64,000 nt of DNA from Candidatus Hermodarchaeota archaeon (lineage in GTDB: Archaea; Asgardarchaeota; Hermodarchaeia; Hermodarchaeales; Hermodarchaeaceae), in NCBI GenBank assembly GCA_016840065.1, contig JAEOTB010000037.1:1-64000 (forward strand). Reading direction: 5' to 3'. The notes beneath the pieces were generated by a model. The model was not told the DNA's origin, did not search any database, and worked only from the letters and a program-made list of their open reading frames with translations. Numbering within the stretch: position 1 is the stretch's first letter; the number at the start of each line of letters is the position of its first letter. A program made the position numbers and the translations under genes. Of this stretch, positions 49,106 through 58,415 are shown piece by piece.

Positions 49106-49837
49106 CTAACCGCGTTTCTTACGTCCAGTTCTCTTAGGAGCTATCAACCCAACTTTACGACCTGGCGGAGTAGTACGCGCTACCGAACTCGGACCACCTG
49201 GGCGCTGCTTGGCCCCGCCGCCGTGTGGATGCGAACACGCGTTCATTGCTACTCCTCGAACTTTCGGATAAGTGTGACCCTTGGCTCGTTTCATTTTGTG
49301 TTTGCTGCCTGCCTTAACGAAGGGTTTCTCGAGGCGTCCACCACCAGAGACTACCCCTATACTCGCTCGGCAAGTGGAACTAAATGCTCTAGTTTTTCCG
49401 GAGGGAAGACGTACAAAGGTTTTACCATGACCTCGGGTCATAATTGTGGCGTATGTTCCCCCAGCCCGAACGAATTTCCCGCCATCGCCTGGCTGTCCTT
49501 CGATATTGAAGATTGGAGTACCTTCAGGAATCTTGCCCAAGGGGAGTATGTGACCTGCCCGTACACCAGCTTTTGGACCTATGCGAATTTGTTGACCAAC
49601 TGCTGTGCCTTCAGGCACCAGAGCTAGATATGTATCTCCGCTCTCTAACCGAAGGAGGGCAATAGGACAACCTCGCCCAGGCTCATGTTGCAGATCCTCT
49701 ACGATTGCGTTGAGATAGCCCTTTCGATCCATTAAAACGAGAGGAGGGTACTTCACTGCGCCGCGTCTGCGGTGAGTAAGCGCCCTAAAGGTAGGACTTC
49801 CACGACCCCGGCGTTGCACGTATATTCTTTTACCCAT
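49106..49837 (-). CDS. rpl2: 50S ribosomal protein uL2
   Basis: MGKRIYVQRRGRG; VRGVAMN..HPHGGG. Confidence 0.97.
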   Translation of the reverse strand: MGKRIYVQRRGRGSPTFRALTHRRRGAVKYPPLVLMDRKGYLNAIVEDLQHEPGRGCPIALLRLESGDTYLALVPEGTAVGQQIRIGPKAGVRAGHILPLGKIPEGTPIFNIEGQPGDGGKFVRAGGTYATIMTRGHGKTFVRLPSGKTRAFSSTCRASIGVVSGGGRLEKPFVKAGSKHKMKRAKGHTYPKVRGVAMNACSHPHGGGAKQRPGGPSSVARTTPPGRKVGLIAPKRTGRKKRG

Positions 49838-49855
49838 TTTTTATTCCTCCAACTA

Positions 49856-50122
49856 CTAGAAGAGTCCTAGCTTGACTGCCAAGTCAGCTGCATTGTGTTC
49901 AGGAGCGAGTTTAACCAAGGCTTTCTTCCGCCCCTGCGGCGTAATCATGGTGTTAACCTTGATTACTTTTACCTCGTATAACTCTTCAATTGCTTGTCGA
50001 ATTTGACCCTTTGTAGCGGTTCTGCGAACTAGGAATGTCAAGCGGTTCTCGCGCTCTACAATCTCAGACGCTCTTTCGGTAATCATCATCCGAATTATTA
50101 CACGATACGGATCCACTTTCAT
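49856..50122 (-). CDS. rpl23: 50S ribosomal protein uL23
   Basis: TERA..ENRLTF; VNTMITPQGRKKA. Confidence 0.96.
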   Translation of the reverse strand: MKVDPYRVIIRMMITERASEIVERENRLTFLVRRTATKGQIRQAIEELYEVKVIKVNTMITPQGRKKALVKLAPEHNAADLAVKLGLF

Positions 50123-50922
50123 TCACTTCCAAAGAGACCTTTTCCTAGTTGTGTAATGGCGGATTTCGTCCAAAGTGTTAATCTGCCTGGATGCGTGCCT
50201 GGAGCAAGCAGTTCAGCATTCAACTTTGTTACATATTCTATGTTAACACCTGAAAGGTTTCCTGCTGCCCTCCGAATCCCTTTGTCTTCAGATATCACTA
50301 TAAGTGGTCCTACGGGACGCCGATACTTCCGACCTCTCCTTCGTGCTGCGCCGCCTCGAATTTTGACTCCAGTTTTGGATCTAAGGACATCGCCCCAAAT
50401 GCCGAGTGCTTCAAAGACAGCTTTCACCTCAACAGTTGTTTGGAGTCCCTGTAATTTATCCTCGACTACGAGAGGAAGTTCCTCAGAAGTGAAGATATGT
50501 CCCCGAGCCTTCACTAGATCACTTCTCGCTGTAGCAGCGATAGCGGAGCGAATGGCTAAACGCCGTTCCTTTTTATTGATCCGTTCTAAGGGGTTCTTCG
50601 CTGACTCAGGTGGGTGGGTGCGCCTCCCACCAACGGTCGATGGCGCAAATGCTGCATGTTGAGCTGATTGATATCCGCCACCTTTTCTGCGAGGAATTCG
50701 TGACCGTCCATGACCAACCCCCCAACTCTCAGCACTGGTTCTCTTGCCAGCCCTTGGATCAACACCCTTTCGTTGATAGCCTGCAGATTGTTGTGCTAAC
50801 ACTGCACGTCGGATTATATCGCGTCTTAATGGCGTTTCAAATATTGACGCGAGTTTCACTGTTCCCTTACTTTCGCCATCCAATGAGAGAACTTTCACGC
50901 TAGCCATTTCTCTTGCCTCCAC
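50119..50922 (-). CDS. rpl4: 50S ribosomal protein uL4
   Basis: SAESWG, INKKERR and LAPGTHPGRLT motifs. Confidence 0.96.
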   Translation of the reverse strand: MEAREMASVKVLSLDGESKGTVKLASIFETPLRRDIIRRAVLAQQSAGYQRKGVDPRAGKRTSAESWGVGHGRSRIPRRKGGGYQSAQHAAFAPSTVGGRRTHPPESAKNPLERINKKERRLAIRSAIAATARSDLVKARGHIFTSEELPLVVEDKLQGLQTTVEVKAVFEALGIWGDVLRSKTGVKIRGGAARRRGRKYRRPVGPLIVISEDKGIRRAAGNLSGVNIEYVTKLNAELLAPGTHPGRLTLWTKSAITQLGKGLFGSE

Positions 50923-50927
50923 TTCAT

Positions 50928-51941
50928 CTATTTCTTGGGCTTGGTGCTGATGTACAGAAGGTCTGGGGCCTTATCGGGAATTGCTGATGGCCGTATTGGA
51001 GCACGAAGACGAACAAGACGTTTTGCTGGTCCTGGAATGGACCCGTCAATTATCAAGGAATCTGAACGAAGTGTTCCGTAATGTGGGAATCCTCCAGATG
51101 GTGTGATGTCATCGCTTTTCTCACCGATTCTAAAGATGAACTTGTTATATTCGGTTCGCTGATGGTAACCCATCTGGCCACCTCTAGGACAGGTATACAT
51201 GATGCGTCCAGGAGTCCATGGACCTAGAGTACCAACCGCGCGTACTCGCTTCCGAGACTTGTGAGGAAGTTTCGCAACTCCGAACCGTTTTACGACACCT
51301 TGCCAACCCTTTCCTTTGGTTATTGCGGTCACATCAACATACGTCCCAGGTGTGAATAAGTCGCGAACCCGGATTTCTTGACCCAAGAGCTTCTTTGCAT
51401 ACTCAATCCGCTCAGGGATTTCGCCGCCAGCTACCGCGCATTCAATAATTTCAGGTTTCTTTCTACTGACCCCTGCTTGTCGCGGCTGAGTAGTTAGGAG
51501 AACCCTAATTTCATCAAACTTGTCCTGCATCTTTGTGAATTTTTCAAGCGCAGCCTTAGCGTCATACTTGTCTGGCCATTGAAGTAGTCGTTGGAAATCC
51601 TTTGGCATCTTTTCCGCCCAGCATTCGCTAGCCACTCTTAGTTTCTGTTCGATTAGCCGATATCCACGGATAGCTGCTACTAGCATAGGCGGTGTATCAA
51701 CAATAGTCACCGCACGAGAGATTTCCCGCCCATACCAAGGGCTCGTTGGCCTATTATCAGTAACAATAACGTGAGTCATCCCCACCTTATACCCTGCAAA
51801 GCCTATGATTTTAGGGTCTCCCGACTGGCTTGGCCAAGTACGTATCCGCCCTGTGATTCGGGTTGCACGCTTGCGAGGGCGGTGGGTAAGGCTTCCATGG
51901 CGCGGAGCGTGTTGCTTACGATGACCCATTGACACCAACAC
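50928..51941 (-). CDS. rpl3: 50S ribosomal protein uL3 (probable start ATG 51929)
   Basis: PRHGSL, GYKVGMTH, TKGKG and GQMGYHQRTEYNK motifs. Confidence 0.97.
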   Translation of the reverse strand: MLVSMGHRKQHAPRHGSLTHRPRKRATRITGRIRTWPSQSGDPKIIGFAGYKVGMTHVIVTDNRPTSPWYGREISRAVTIVDTPPMLVAAIRGYRLIEQKLRVASECWAEKMPKDFQRLLQWPDKYDAKAALEKFTKMQDKFDEIRVLLTTQPRQAGVSRKKPEIIECAVAGGEIPERIEYAKKLLGQEIRVRDLFTPGTYVDVTAITKGKGWQGVVKRFGVAKLPHKSRKRVRAVGTLGPWTPGRIMYTCPRGGQMGYHQRTEYNKFIFRIGEKSDDITPSGGFPHYGTLRSDSLIIDGSIPGPAKRLVRLRAPIRPSAIPDKAPDLLYISTKPKK

Positions 51942-52170
51942 CTAGAGTGCTTGATTTTTGCATTCAGAACTCGGTTTAATTGTATAGTCCCCGAGTGACT
52001 GCCTCGAAGCTGACCACATCATTTAAGCTTTTCGACAAGAGAACGAGTGATACACTGCTTCAAGAGATTGTACGAGTAGCAATTACTCAAATATACTCCT
52101 TCCATTCCAAGACCAATATTGCTTTAAACATCGATTATTAATCAAAATGAGCACAGTCCAAAAAGCATGA

Positions 52171-52290
52171 GCCGGGATAGCCCAGTGGTACGGCGCGGGC
52201 CTTGAGTGGCGAAGGTAACAAGTTCCTCCTTTTCCCCTGCTAGCCCGTGACTTTATAGTCTCGGGGGTTCAAATCCCTCTCCCGGCGCCA
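52171..52290 (+). tRNA. tRNA-Ser(UGA) with a 35-nt intron at 37/38; CCA encoded
   Basis: Acceptor GCCGGGA/TCCCGGC, G73, anticodon stem CGGGC/GCCCG, spliced loop CTTGAG^A, long variable arm GAC-TTTATA-GTC, T-arm GGGGG-TTCAAAT-CCCTC. Confidence 0.9.
52207..52241 (+). other. Canonical-position tRNA intron with a degenerate central helix
   Basis: Bulges AG^T and CT^A; h' GGCGAAGG/CCTTTTCC; H CTTG/CCTG has only 2 of 4 pairs. Confidence 0.7.
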
Positions 52291-52394
52291 CTCTCAACGA
52301 CTCGTTGTGCTTGTTTACAAATCTGCTAAACATTGAATATATAATTACAAATTAATCGCGAAATATCAGTCATTAAGCTGGGATTGGGTGTAGA

Positions 52395-52820
52395 TTGTTG
52401 CAGTTTGAATATTTCGATGATATCACTTCGGATCAAATGTTTCGAGCCTATGGACAGGATTTACCAGAGGTATTCAAGCACGCTGCAATGGCAATGTTTG
52501 GAATAATGTTCGATTTAGAAGAAGTACAAACCGAAGCGGAAATAGAGGTAGAGGCAACAGGAGCCTCCGAGGAGATGCTCCTTTATGATTGGCTGTCTAA
52601 CCTGCTATTCGAATTCGAGGTCAAGTACGTGTTCTTTGCAGACTTCAACGTCACAACTATCGAGCGTGATGAAGAAGGAAACTTGTACCTTGTTGGATTA
52701 GCAAGTGGAAGTCTTACGCCTCAGGAGCGGCGAACCCACGTCAAAGCGGTCACCTTCCACAGATTCTGCTTGGAAAAAATTGATAACAGGTATGTGGCTA
52801 CTGTAGTTGTGGATGTCTGA
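52395..52820 (+). CDS. Archease
   Basis: FEY.D.TSD, LLYDWL and VKAVTFH...VDV motifs; upstream of rtcB. Confidence 0.92.
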   Translation: MLQFEYFDDITSDQMFRAYGQDLPEVFKHAAMAMFGIMFDLEEVQTEAEIEVEATGASEEMLLYDWLSNLLFEFEVKYVFFADFNVTTIERDEEGNLYLVGLASGSLTPQERRTHVKAVTFHRFCLEKIDNRYVATVVVDV

Positions 52821-52846
52821 ACGAACAAACACGATGGTGATAGAAG

Positions 52847-54295
52847 ATGAAGGAGAAACTGAAACAACTAGACGAGTTTCGCTACTGGCTCGACAAGACA
52901 GCCCGCCCCAAGATGAGAGTAGGCGCGATGTTATTTGCTTCACGCAAAGTTATACAACAAATAGAAGATAGCGCGGTTGAACAATTAACCAACGTCGCCT
53001 GTCTACCAGGTGTTATTGAGCCAGTTTTAGCCATGCCAGACGCACATTGGGGATATGGCTTACCAATGGGCGCAGTCGGGGCCTTTGACGCTGAGGAGGG
53101 CGTGATATCAGCTGGGATGACCGGTTTTGATATCAACTGCGGTGTCCGGTTAATTCGTACTAATCTAACTCAGGCTGAAGTTAAGCCCAAACTTCGTCAG
53201 CTCATGGAGGAATTGTTCAGGCGCGTGCCTGCTGGCGTCGGCTCTAGAGGTAAGATTCGCTTGAGCAATTCCGAGTTGGATGGTGTTTTACAGCTTGGTG
53301 CTCGATGGGCAGTCGAGAGTGGTCGCGGAGTTGACGCGGATTTAGAGCACTGTGAGGAAAGGGGCAATATGGAGGGTGCCGCAACCGGCTTGCCAGAGCT
53401 TTCAGAGCGGGTACGAACGCGTGGAAAACCTCAGCTGGGCACACTCGGTGCCGGTAATCACTACCTTGAAGCCCAAGTAGTTGATGAGGTGTTTAATGAA
53501 GAGGCAGCCTCCCGTTTTGGTTTAGAAAAGGGGAAAGTGGTTGTGATGTTACATTGTGGATCTCGCGGTTTCGGTCACCAAGTGGCAACTGATTACCTGA
53601 AGAGTATGGAGGTGGCTGCGCGGAAGTATAAAATTTGGTTGCCAGACAGACAACTCGTCTGCGCTCCAACCACATCGCCAGAGGGGCAAGCCTACTATTC
53701 CGCGATGAAGTCAGCCGTGAACTACGCCTTCTGCAACCGGCAAGTAATGACTCACTGGATTCGGGAAGGCTTTGAAACTGTCTTTGGGCGAGACTGGGAA
53801 AAACTAGGTCTTCACCTAGTTTATGATGTTTGCCATAATATATGCAAGCTAGAAACCCACGAGTTACACGGTGCAAAAAGGCAACTCTACATTCATCGAA
53901 AAGGTGCTACTCGTGCTTTTGGACCCGGCAACCCGCTTATCCCCCCTCACTACCAACCCGTTGGACAGCCAGTACTGATTGGTGGCTCTATGGGCACAGC
54001 CTCTTATGTACTAGTTGGTACAGAGCAGGCAATGAAAGAATCGTACGGTTCTACATGCCATGGTGCTGGACGCGCTATGGGTCGAAAAGCAGCCACAAGG
54101 AGATTTCATGGTAGGGAGATTCAACGTTCGCTTGAGCAATCAGGTAAAGTGATAAAATCTCATAGCGCCAAGCTACTCGCTGAAGAAGCGCCCAAGGCTT
54201 ACAAGGATGTCCACATGGTGATTGACGCAGTCCACGGAGCAGGAATTTCTCTGAAAGTCACGCGCCAGATTCCAATGGGCACTGTCAAAGGCTGA
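52847..54295 (+). CDS. rtcB: RNA-splicing ligase RtcB
   Basis: PDAH.GYG, DINCG, GNHY, HCGSRG, HRKGATRAF and HGAGR motifs. Confidence 0.97.
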   Translation: MKEKLKQLDEFRYWLDKTARPKMRVGAMLFASRKVIQQIEDSAVEQLTNVACLPGVIEPVLAMPDAHWGYGLPMGAVGAFDAEEGVISAGMTGFDINCGVRLIRTNLTQAEVKPKLRQLMEELFRRVPAGVGSRGKIRLSNSELDGVLQLGARWAVESGRGVDADLEHCEERGNMEGAATGLPELSERVRTRGKPQLGTLGAGNHYLEAQVVDEVFNEEAASRFGLEKGKVVVMLHCGSRGFGHQVATDYLKSMEVAARKYKIWLPDRQLVCAPTTSPEGQAYYSAMKSAVNYAFCNRQVMTHWIREGFETVFGRDWEKLGLHLVYDVCHNICKLETHELHGAKRQLYIHRKGATRAFGPGNPLIPPHYQPVGQPVLIGGSMGTASYVLVGTEQAMKESYGSTCHGAGRAMGRKAATRRFHGREIQRSLEQSGKVIKSHSAKLLAEEAPKAYKDVHMVIDAVHGAGISLKVTRQIPMGTVKG

Positions 54296-54305
54296 CCTTA
54301 GAGAA

Positions 54306-55193
54306 ATGTCATCTAGAACATCAATTCGAACACTACCAAAGAACCTCTCCATAGCTATTCCAGCCTCCTTCATTGATGTTTATTCGAACCTATCTCAAAA
54401 AACTGATCAGATTGGTCGAATTGCCCGGGCAGCCGCTATCAATCGAGTTAGTGAAATTCTTGTTTTCCCAGATGTATCCAGCAAGAATCAAGCGCCCCAA
54501 CGACGGCTTATAACACGAATTCTTGAGTATCTAGATACCCCCCAATATCTTCGGAAACACCTATTCGGTAAACACCCCGATCTAAGGCGGGTTGGACTAC
54601 TTCCTCCTCTTCGTACTCCGCACCATCCAACGGAGAAACGGGCAAGGAAATTATCAGAAGGCGAAATTCGTGAAGGATATGTTTTCCGAAAAGATGGCAA
54701 ACTAGTAGTTGATGTCGGTGTTGAGAAACCCCTTCCCTTTCTAAGGCCAGTATCTTCACGCATACCCTGCAGAGCTACTGTCTCAATCACGAGAAATCCC
54801 TATGGCATGCTTACAGCTCAGCCTGCTACACCACCAACTCCCGAAGTATATTGGGGTTACAAAGTACTAGATATAAAACAACCGTTAAGTGACTTTCTCA
54901 AAACAAATCGTGTTTATGACCTTATAGTAGCTACATCTCGCAGGGCAGCACAAATTAATGAAATATGGAAAGAATTACATTCACGTTGGCAGAAAGCAAA
55001 GCATGTTCTCGTTCTCTTTGGGAGTCACAACAAAGGATTAGGAGAAATCCTACAGCAAGAAGGGCACCAATTGGACACTCTCACAGATTTCCAAGTAAAT
55101 ACAGTACCCAATCAAGGTGTCGAAACCATTCGAACAGCCGAAGCAGTCTTTCTAAGCCTTTCTGTATTCAGATTATTAGAGCAGCGCTATTAG
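54306..55193 (+). CDS. SPOUT RNA methyltransferase (DUF171/SPOUT1 family)
   Basis: YLDTPQYLRK, LPPLRTPHH, YWGY and PNQGVETIRTAEA motifs. Confidence 0.9.
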   Translation: MSSRTSIRTLPKNLSIAIPASFIDVYSNLSQKTDQIGRIARAAAINRVSEILVFPDVSSKNQAPQRRLITRILEYLDTPQYLRKHLFGKHPDLRRVGLLPPLRTPHHPTEKRARKLSEGEIREGYVFRKDGKLVVDVGVEKPLPFLRPVSSRIPCRATVSITRNPYGMLTAQPATPPTPEVYWGYKVLDIKQPLSDFLKTNRVYDLIVATSRRAAQINEIWKELHSRWQKAKHVLVLFGSHNKGLGEILQQEGHQLDTLTDFQVNTVPNQGVETIRTAEAVFLSLSVFRLLEQRY

Positions 55194-55681
55194 TCCATAA
55201 CTTCGCCCTGAGCGATTAGTAATTCATAATCGCTAGTTCCATCGAAATACCCTAATTTTCGAGCCCGTACTGCTACTTTGTGATACCCAGGTCTTAAATG
55301 TGGAATATCTAGAGTTAACTCGTAAGGGCTAACTTCTATCTTCTCCACAGTAACTGTTTGAGAACCAAAAAAAACTTCGAGAAGAACACCTTTCAAAGGC
55401 GCGTTTTTTGGCAGACCAGTAACCACCGTAAGGGTTAGTTTCTCACCAGGTTCTGCGACAGCCGGTTCTGGACCAATTAAGCGCACATCAATATGGTTCT
55501 GCCAATAAATATAGCTTGTAGGGAGGAGGAACACAAGTAAAAGAAGAACAAGTACAACTAGACTGAAGAAAGCCTGTAACATAGTGAAGAAAGATAAGAA
55601 GACGAAAACTAGTATAGCATAGATTGTAAGACTACAGCACAATACAAGCCCAAGTCTAGCCTGCGGGTTACTAGAACTCAC
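55190..55681 (-). CDS. Two-TM protein with an Ig-like C-terminal domain
   Basis: Two hydrophobic helices followed by a beta-rich region. Confidence 0.55.
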   Translation of the reverse strand: MSSSNPQARLGLVLCCSLTIYAILVFVFLSFFTMLQAFFSLVVLVLLLLVFLLPTSYIYWQNHIDVRLIGPEPAVAEPGEKLTLTVVTGLPKNAPLKGVLLEVFFGSQTVTVEKIEVSPYELTLDIPHLRPGYHKVAVRARKLGYFDGTSDYELLIAQGEVMD

Positions 55682-55753
55682 AATTCTAGAAACGCTACAA
55701 GGAGTAAATAATTTTTCTATTTACTGCGATAACTTGGTTCGTTAGCTTCAAAG

Positions 55754-57112
55754 CTATAGTTTCGATTGAATGTGCTCAGCGACCCATAACCCTGTCACAG
55801 CAGCAGGGATAATTCCACGACTGAGACCCGCACCGTCTCCAGCGACATATATCCCTTCAATCGGGGTCTCGAAGTGGCGGTTAGTTTCAACCGTCATTGC
55901 ACTATACTTCACTTCTGGAGCATACAGAAGAGTAGTTCCAGAGTAGATACCTGGAATCATCTTATTCAACGTCTGAAGACCCTCAAGGATGTTGTCAATG
56001 AGCCTTTTGGGAAGTGCCATGGAGATATCTCCAGGAGTGACGTCTTTTAGAGTGGGTTGGATATTAGCACTAGCAATTCGCTCGTGAGTTGAGCGCCGAT
56101 GATTCTCAAGATCGGCCAGGCGCTGAATGATTGGTTTGCCACCACCCAAGAGAGTAACCTGTTGAGCTATGGATTCCGCGTAACGAGTTGTATCTTCGAC
56201 AGGCTCAGTAAGTTGAACACGTACCAAGAAGGCGAAATTAGTATTACCTGACTGGATGTTTGAGAAGGAATGCCCATTCACACACGCATGAGTTTCGTAC
56301 TGCTCGCGAACAACAAAGCCATTATGATTTACACAAAATGTACGAACTAAATCGTCATAATCTTGAGTATGAATAAGTATCTTCGGATCCCTCTGGATAG
56401 AACAGAGACTCTCCATCAGCGTTGCAGGTACTTCAACACGAACACCTAAATCGACTGGAGCATGGCGCGTTTGGATATTTAATTTCCCCATAACATTTGC
56501 CAGCCACTTCATCCCTGAGCGCCCCGGAGCAAGGAGGCATTTATCGAACTCGAAGCGTCCTTTGTGTGTTGTGAGATAACCTGGCTTGATGGTTTCCACC
56601 TTTATCCCGGATTGCATTTTCACCTTTTGTTTCCTTAAGTATTCCATGAGTGCAAGAATTATCGGGGTTGCGTTGTCTGTTCCGATTAAGCGCTGTTTTG
56701 CGGTAACAAATTTGAGTCCAGCTTCCGCAGCTCTTCGCTCCCAGACTCTGAACCGCTCGTCGGGAGTAAAGGATTCTTTTGGCGCACCGAATTTCAAGAA
56801 TATTTGATCAGCCTCTTCTATTAGTTGACGTGTTCGATCATGTTCTATGGCATCGAGCGTGACCTTAGGAAAACCGATTTCAGTAGAGAGATTTAGAAGC
56901 CCAGAAGATAGGAGTCCAGCGCCGCCAAAGCCACTAGTTAGATTACAGGGGTTGCACTTTGTGCAGAATGCTGTTTGCTGAGACGGACATGTGCGCTTGT
57001 CGGGCATTCTGCCAACATCTAGGATTGTAACTTCAGCGCTGCTGGCTAGCTTGTAAGCAGCGAAAAGTCCAGCTGGTCCGCCTCCAACTATTACCACACG
57101 CTTCTTCGGCAA
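55754..57112 (-). CDS. FAD-dependent oxidoreductase with Cys cluster
   Basis: GGGPAG, C...C..C.PC, GFGGAG, GVRVE and GDGAG motifs. Confidence 0.85.
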   Translation of the reverse strand: MPKKRVVIVGGGPAGLFAAYKLASSAEVTILDVGRMPDKRTCPSQQTAFCTKCNPCNLTSGFGGAGLLSSGLLNLSTEIGFPKVTLDAIEHDRTRQLIEEADQIFLKFGAPKESFTPDERFRVWERRAAEAGLKFVTAKQRLIGTDNATPIILALMEYLRKQKVKMQSGIKVETIKPGYLTTHKGRFEFDKCLLAPGRSGMKWLANVMGKLNIQTRHAPVDLGVRVEVPATLMESLCSIQRDPKILIHTQDYDDLVRTFCVNHNGFVVREQYETHACVNGHSFSNIQSGNTNFAFLVRVQLTEPVEDTTRYAESIAQQVTLLGGGKPIIQRLADLENHRRSTHERIASANIQPTLKDVTPGDISMALPKRLIDNILEGLQTLNKMIPGIYSGTTLLYAPEVKYSAMTVETNRHFETPIEGIYVAGDGAGLSRGIIPAAVTGLWVAEHIQSKL

Positions 57113-58356
57113 ATAGTATCAACTCGTTTAGGACCCGTTGAGATATAATCGATTTGGAGCCCCGTTTCTTCTTCAATTTTGGCAATATATGCTTTCGCCT
57201 CTGAACAAAGCTTTCCACCATCAAGAAGTGTTTCCCAACCCTCAAACTCGACGTAGATTGGTTCACAGGAGCCCATGTCATAGATCGGCAGACTTGTGAT
57301 ATTCTCACCTCGCCAACGATAACCCACACAAATCCTCAAGCGCTCTAAACCATTCAGAACATCTAATTTGGTAAGTGCTAGAGATGTTAAACCATTTATC
57401 ATGCTTGCGTAACGAATCATGTTGAGGTCTAGCCATCCACACCTACGCGGCCGCCCTGTTACTGTTCCAAATTCTTTTCCTATCTCTTGTAAATGAATGC
57501 CTATATCATCGTCAAGTTCAGTTGGAAAAGGACCCTTCCCGACTCGGGTTGTGTAGGCCTTACATATGCCTAATACTTGATCTATTTTTGTGGGACCAAC
57601 TCCTACACCAACACAAGCCCCTCCAGCAATAGGGTTAGAAGATGTAACAAAGGGGTATGTTCCATGATCAATATCTAAGAATGTAGCTTGAGCTCCTTCG
57701 AATAAGACATTCCGTTTTGCTTCTATAGCGTCATTGATAGTCTGGCTAACATTGCCCACATATCTCTGAAGCCCGGTACTCCAACGAGAACATTGCTGGA
57801 GTATCTCTTTTACGTCCAGCCTATGATCTACCTCTAGGACATATTGAAGGATTTTATTGGCTAGCCTGACATTCCAGCGCACTCTCTCTTCGTAAGTATT
57901 GTTAACAAGATCGTGTACACGAATCCCACGTCGCGATATTTTGTCGGTGTAGGTTGGACCGATGCCGCGTTTCGTTGTGCCAATCTTTCCTCTCCCTCGG
58001 GCTTTATCCCAACTACCATCAAGGATTGGGTGATATGGTAGAGTAACATGAGCTTTCCCACTCACAATAAGGTCCACATCAACCCCGCTTGTTGTGAGAG
58101 TGTTGATTTCCTTTATCAGAATCTCGGGATCTACTACGACTCCAGAACCAATGAGTACCTTATTTCCATAGAAAACACCGGACGGCACAAGCCTGAGTTT
58201 GAACACCTTTTCGCCCAATACAATTGTATGTCCAGCGTTCGTGCCTCCCTGATAACGAACTACAAAATCTGCTTGTTTTGAGCAGTAGTCTACAATCTTA
58301 CCCTTTCCCTCATCACCCCATTGAGTACCTACGATTATCACAGCCGGCATAAACAA
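57091..58356 (-). CDS. purA: Adenylosuccinate synthetase
   Basis: QWGDEGKGK, NAGHT and GTVTGRPRRCGW motifs. Confidence 0.97.
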   Translation of the reverse strand: MFMPAVIIVGTQWGDEGKGKIVDYCSKQADFVVRYQGGTNAGHTIVLGEKVFKLRLVPSGVFYGNKVLIGSGVVVDPEILIKEINTLTTSGVDVDLIVSGKAHVTLPYHPILDGSWDKARGRGKIGTTKRGIGPTYTDKISRRGIRVHDLVNNTYEERVRWNVRLANKILQYVLEVDHRLDVKEILQQCSRWSTGLQRYVGNVSQTINDAIEAKRNVLFEGAQATFLDIDHGTYPFVTSSNPIAGGACVGVGVGPTKIDQVLGICKAYTTRVGKGPFPTELDDDIGIHLQEIGKEFGTVTGRPRRCGWLDLNMIRYASMINGLTSLALTKLDVLNGLERLRICVGYRWRGENITSLPIYDMGSCEPIYVEFEGWETLLDGGKLCSEAKAYIAKIEEETGLQIDYISTGPKRVDTICRRSVW

Positions 58357-58415
58357 TCAATCCTCCTATTATAAGATACCAGAGGAAACATACAGTAAGC
58401 CTTGATCACTATTTC

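Noticed and set aside
52197-52247. Alternative splicing of tRNA-Ser to a GCU anticodon (intron end reads CCTGCTA)
   Set aside because: The product would have a 6-nt anticodon loop unless an A is missing; worth only a read check.
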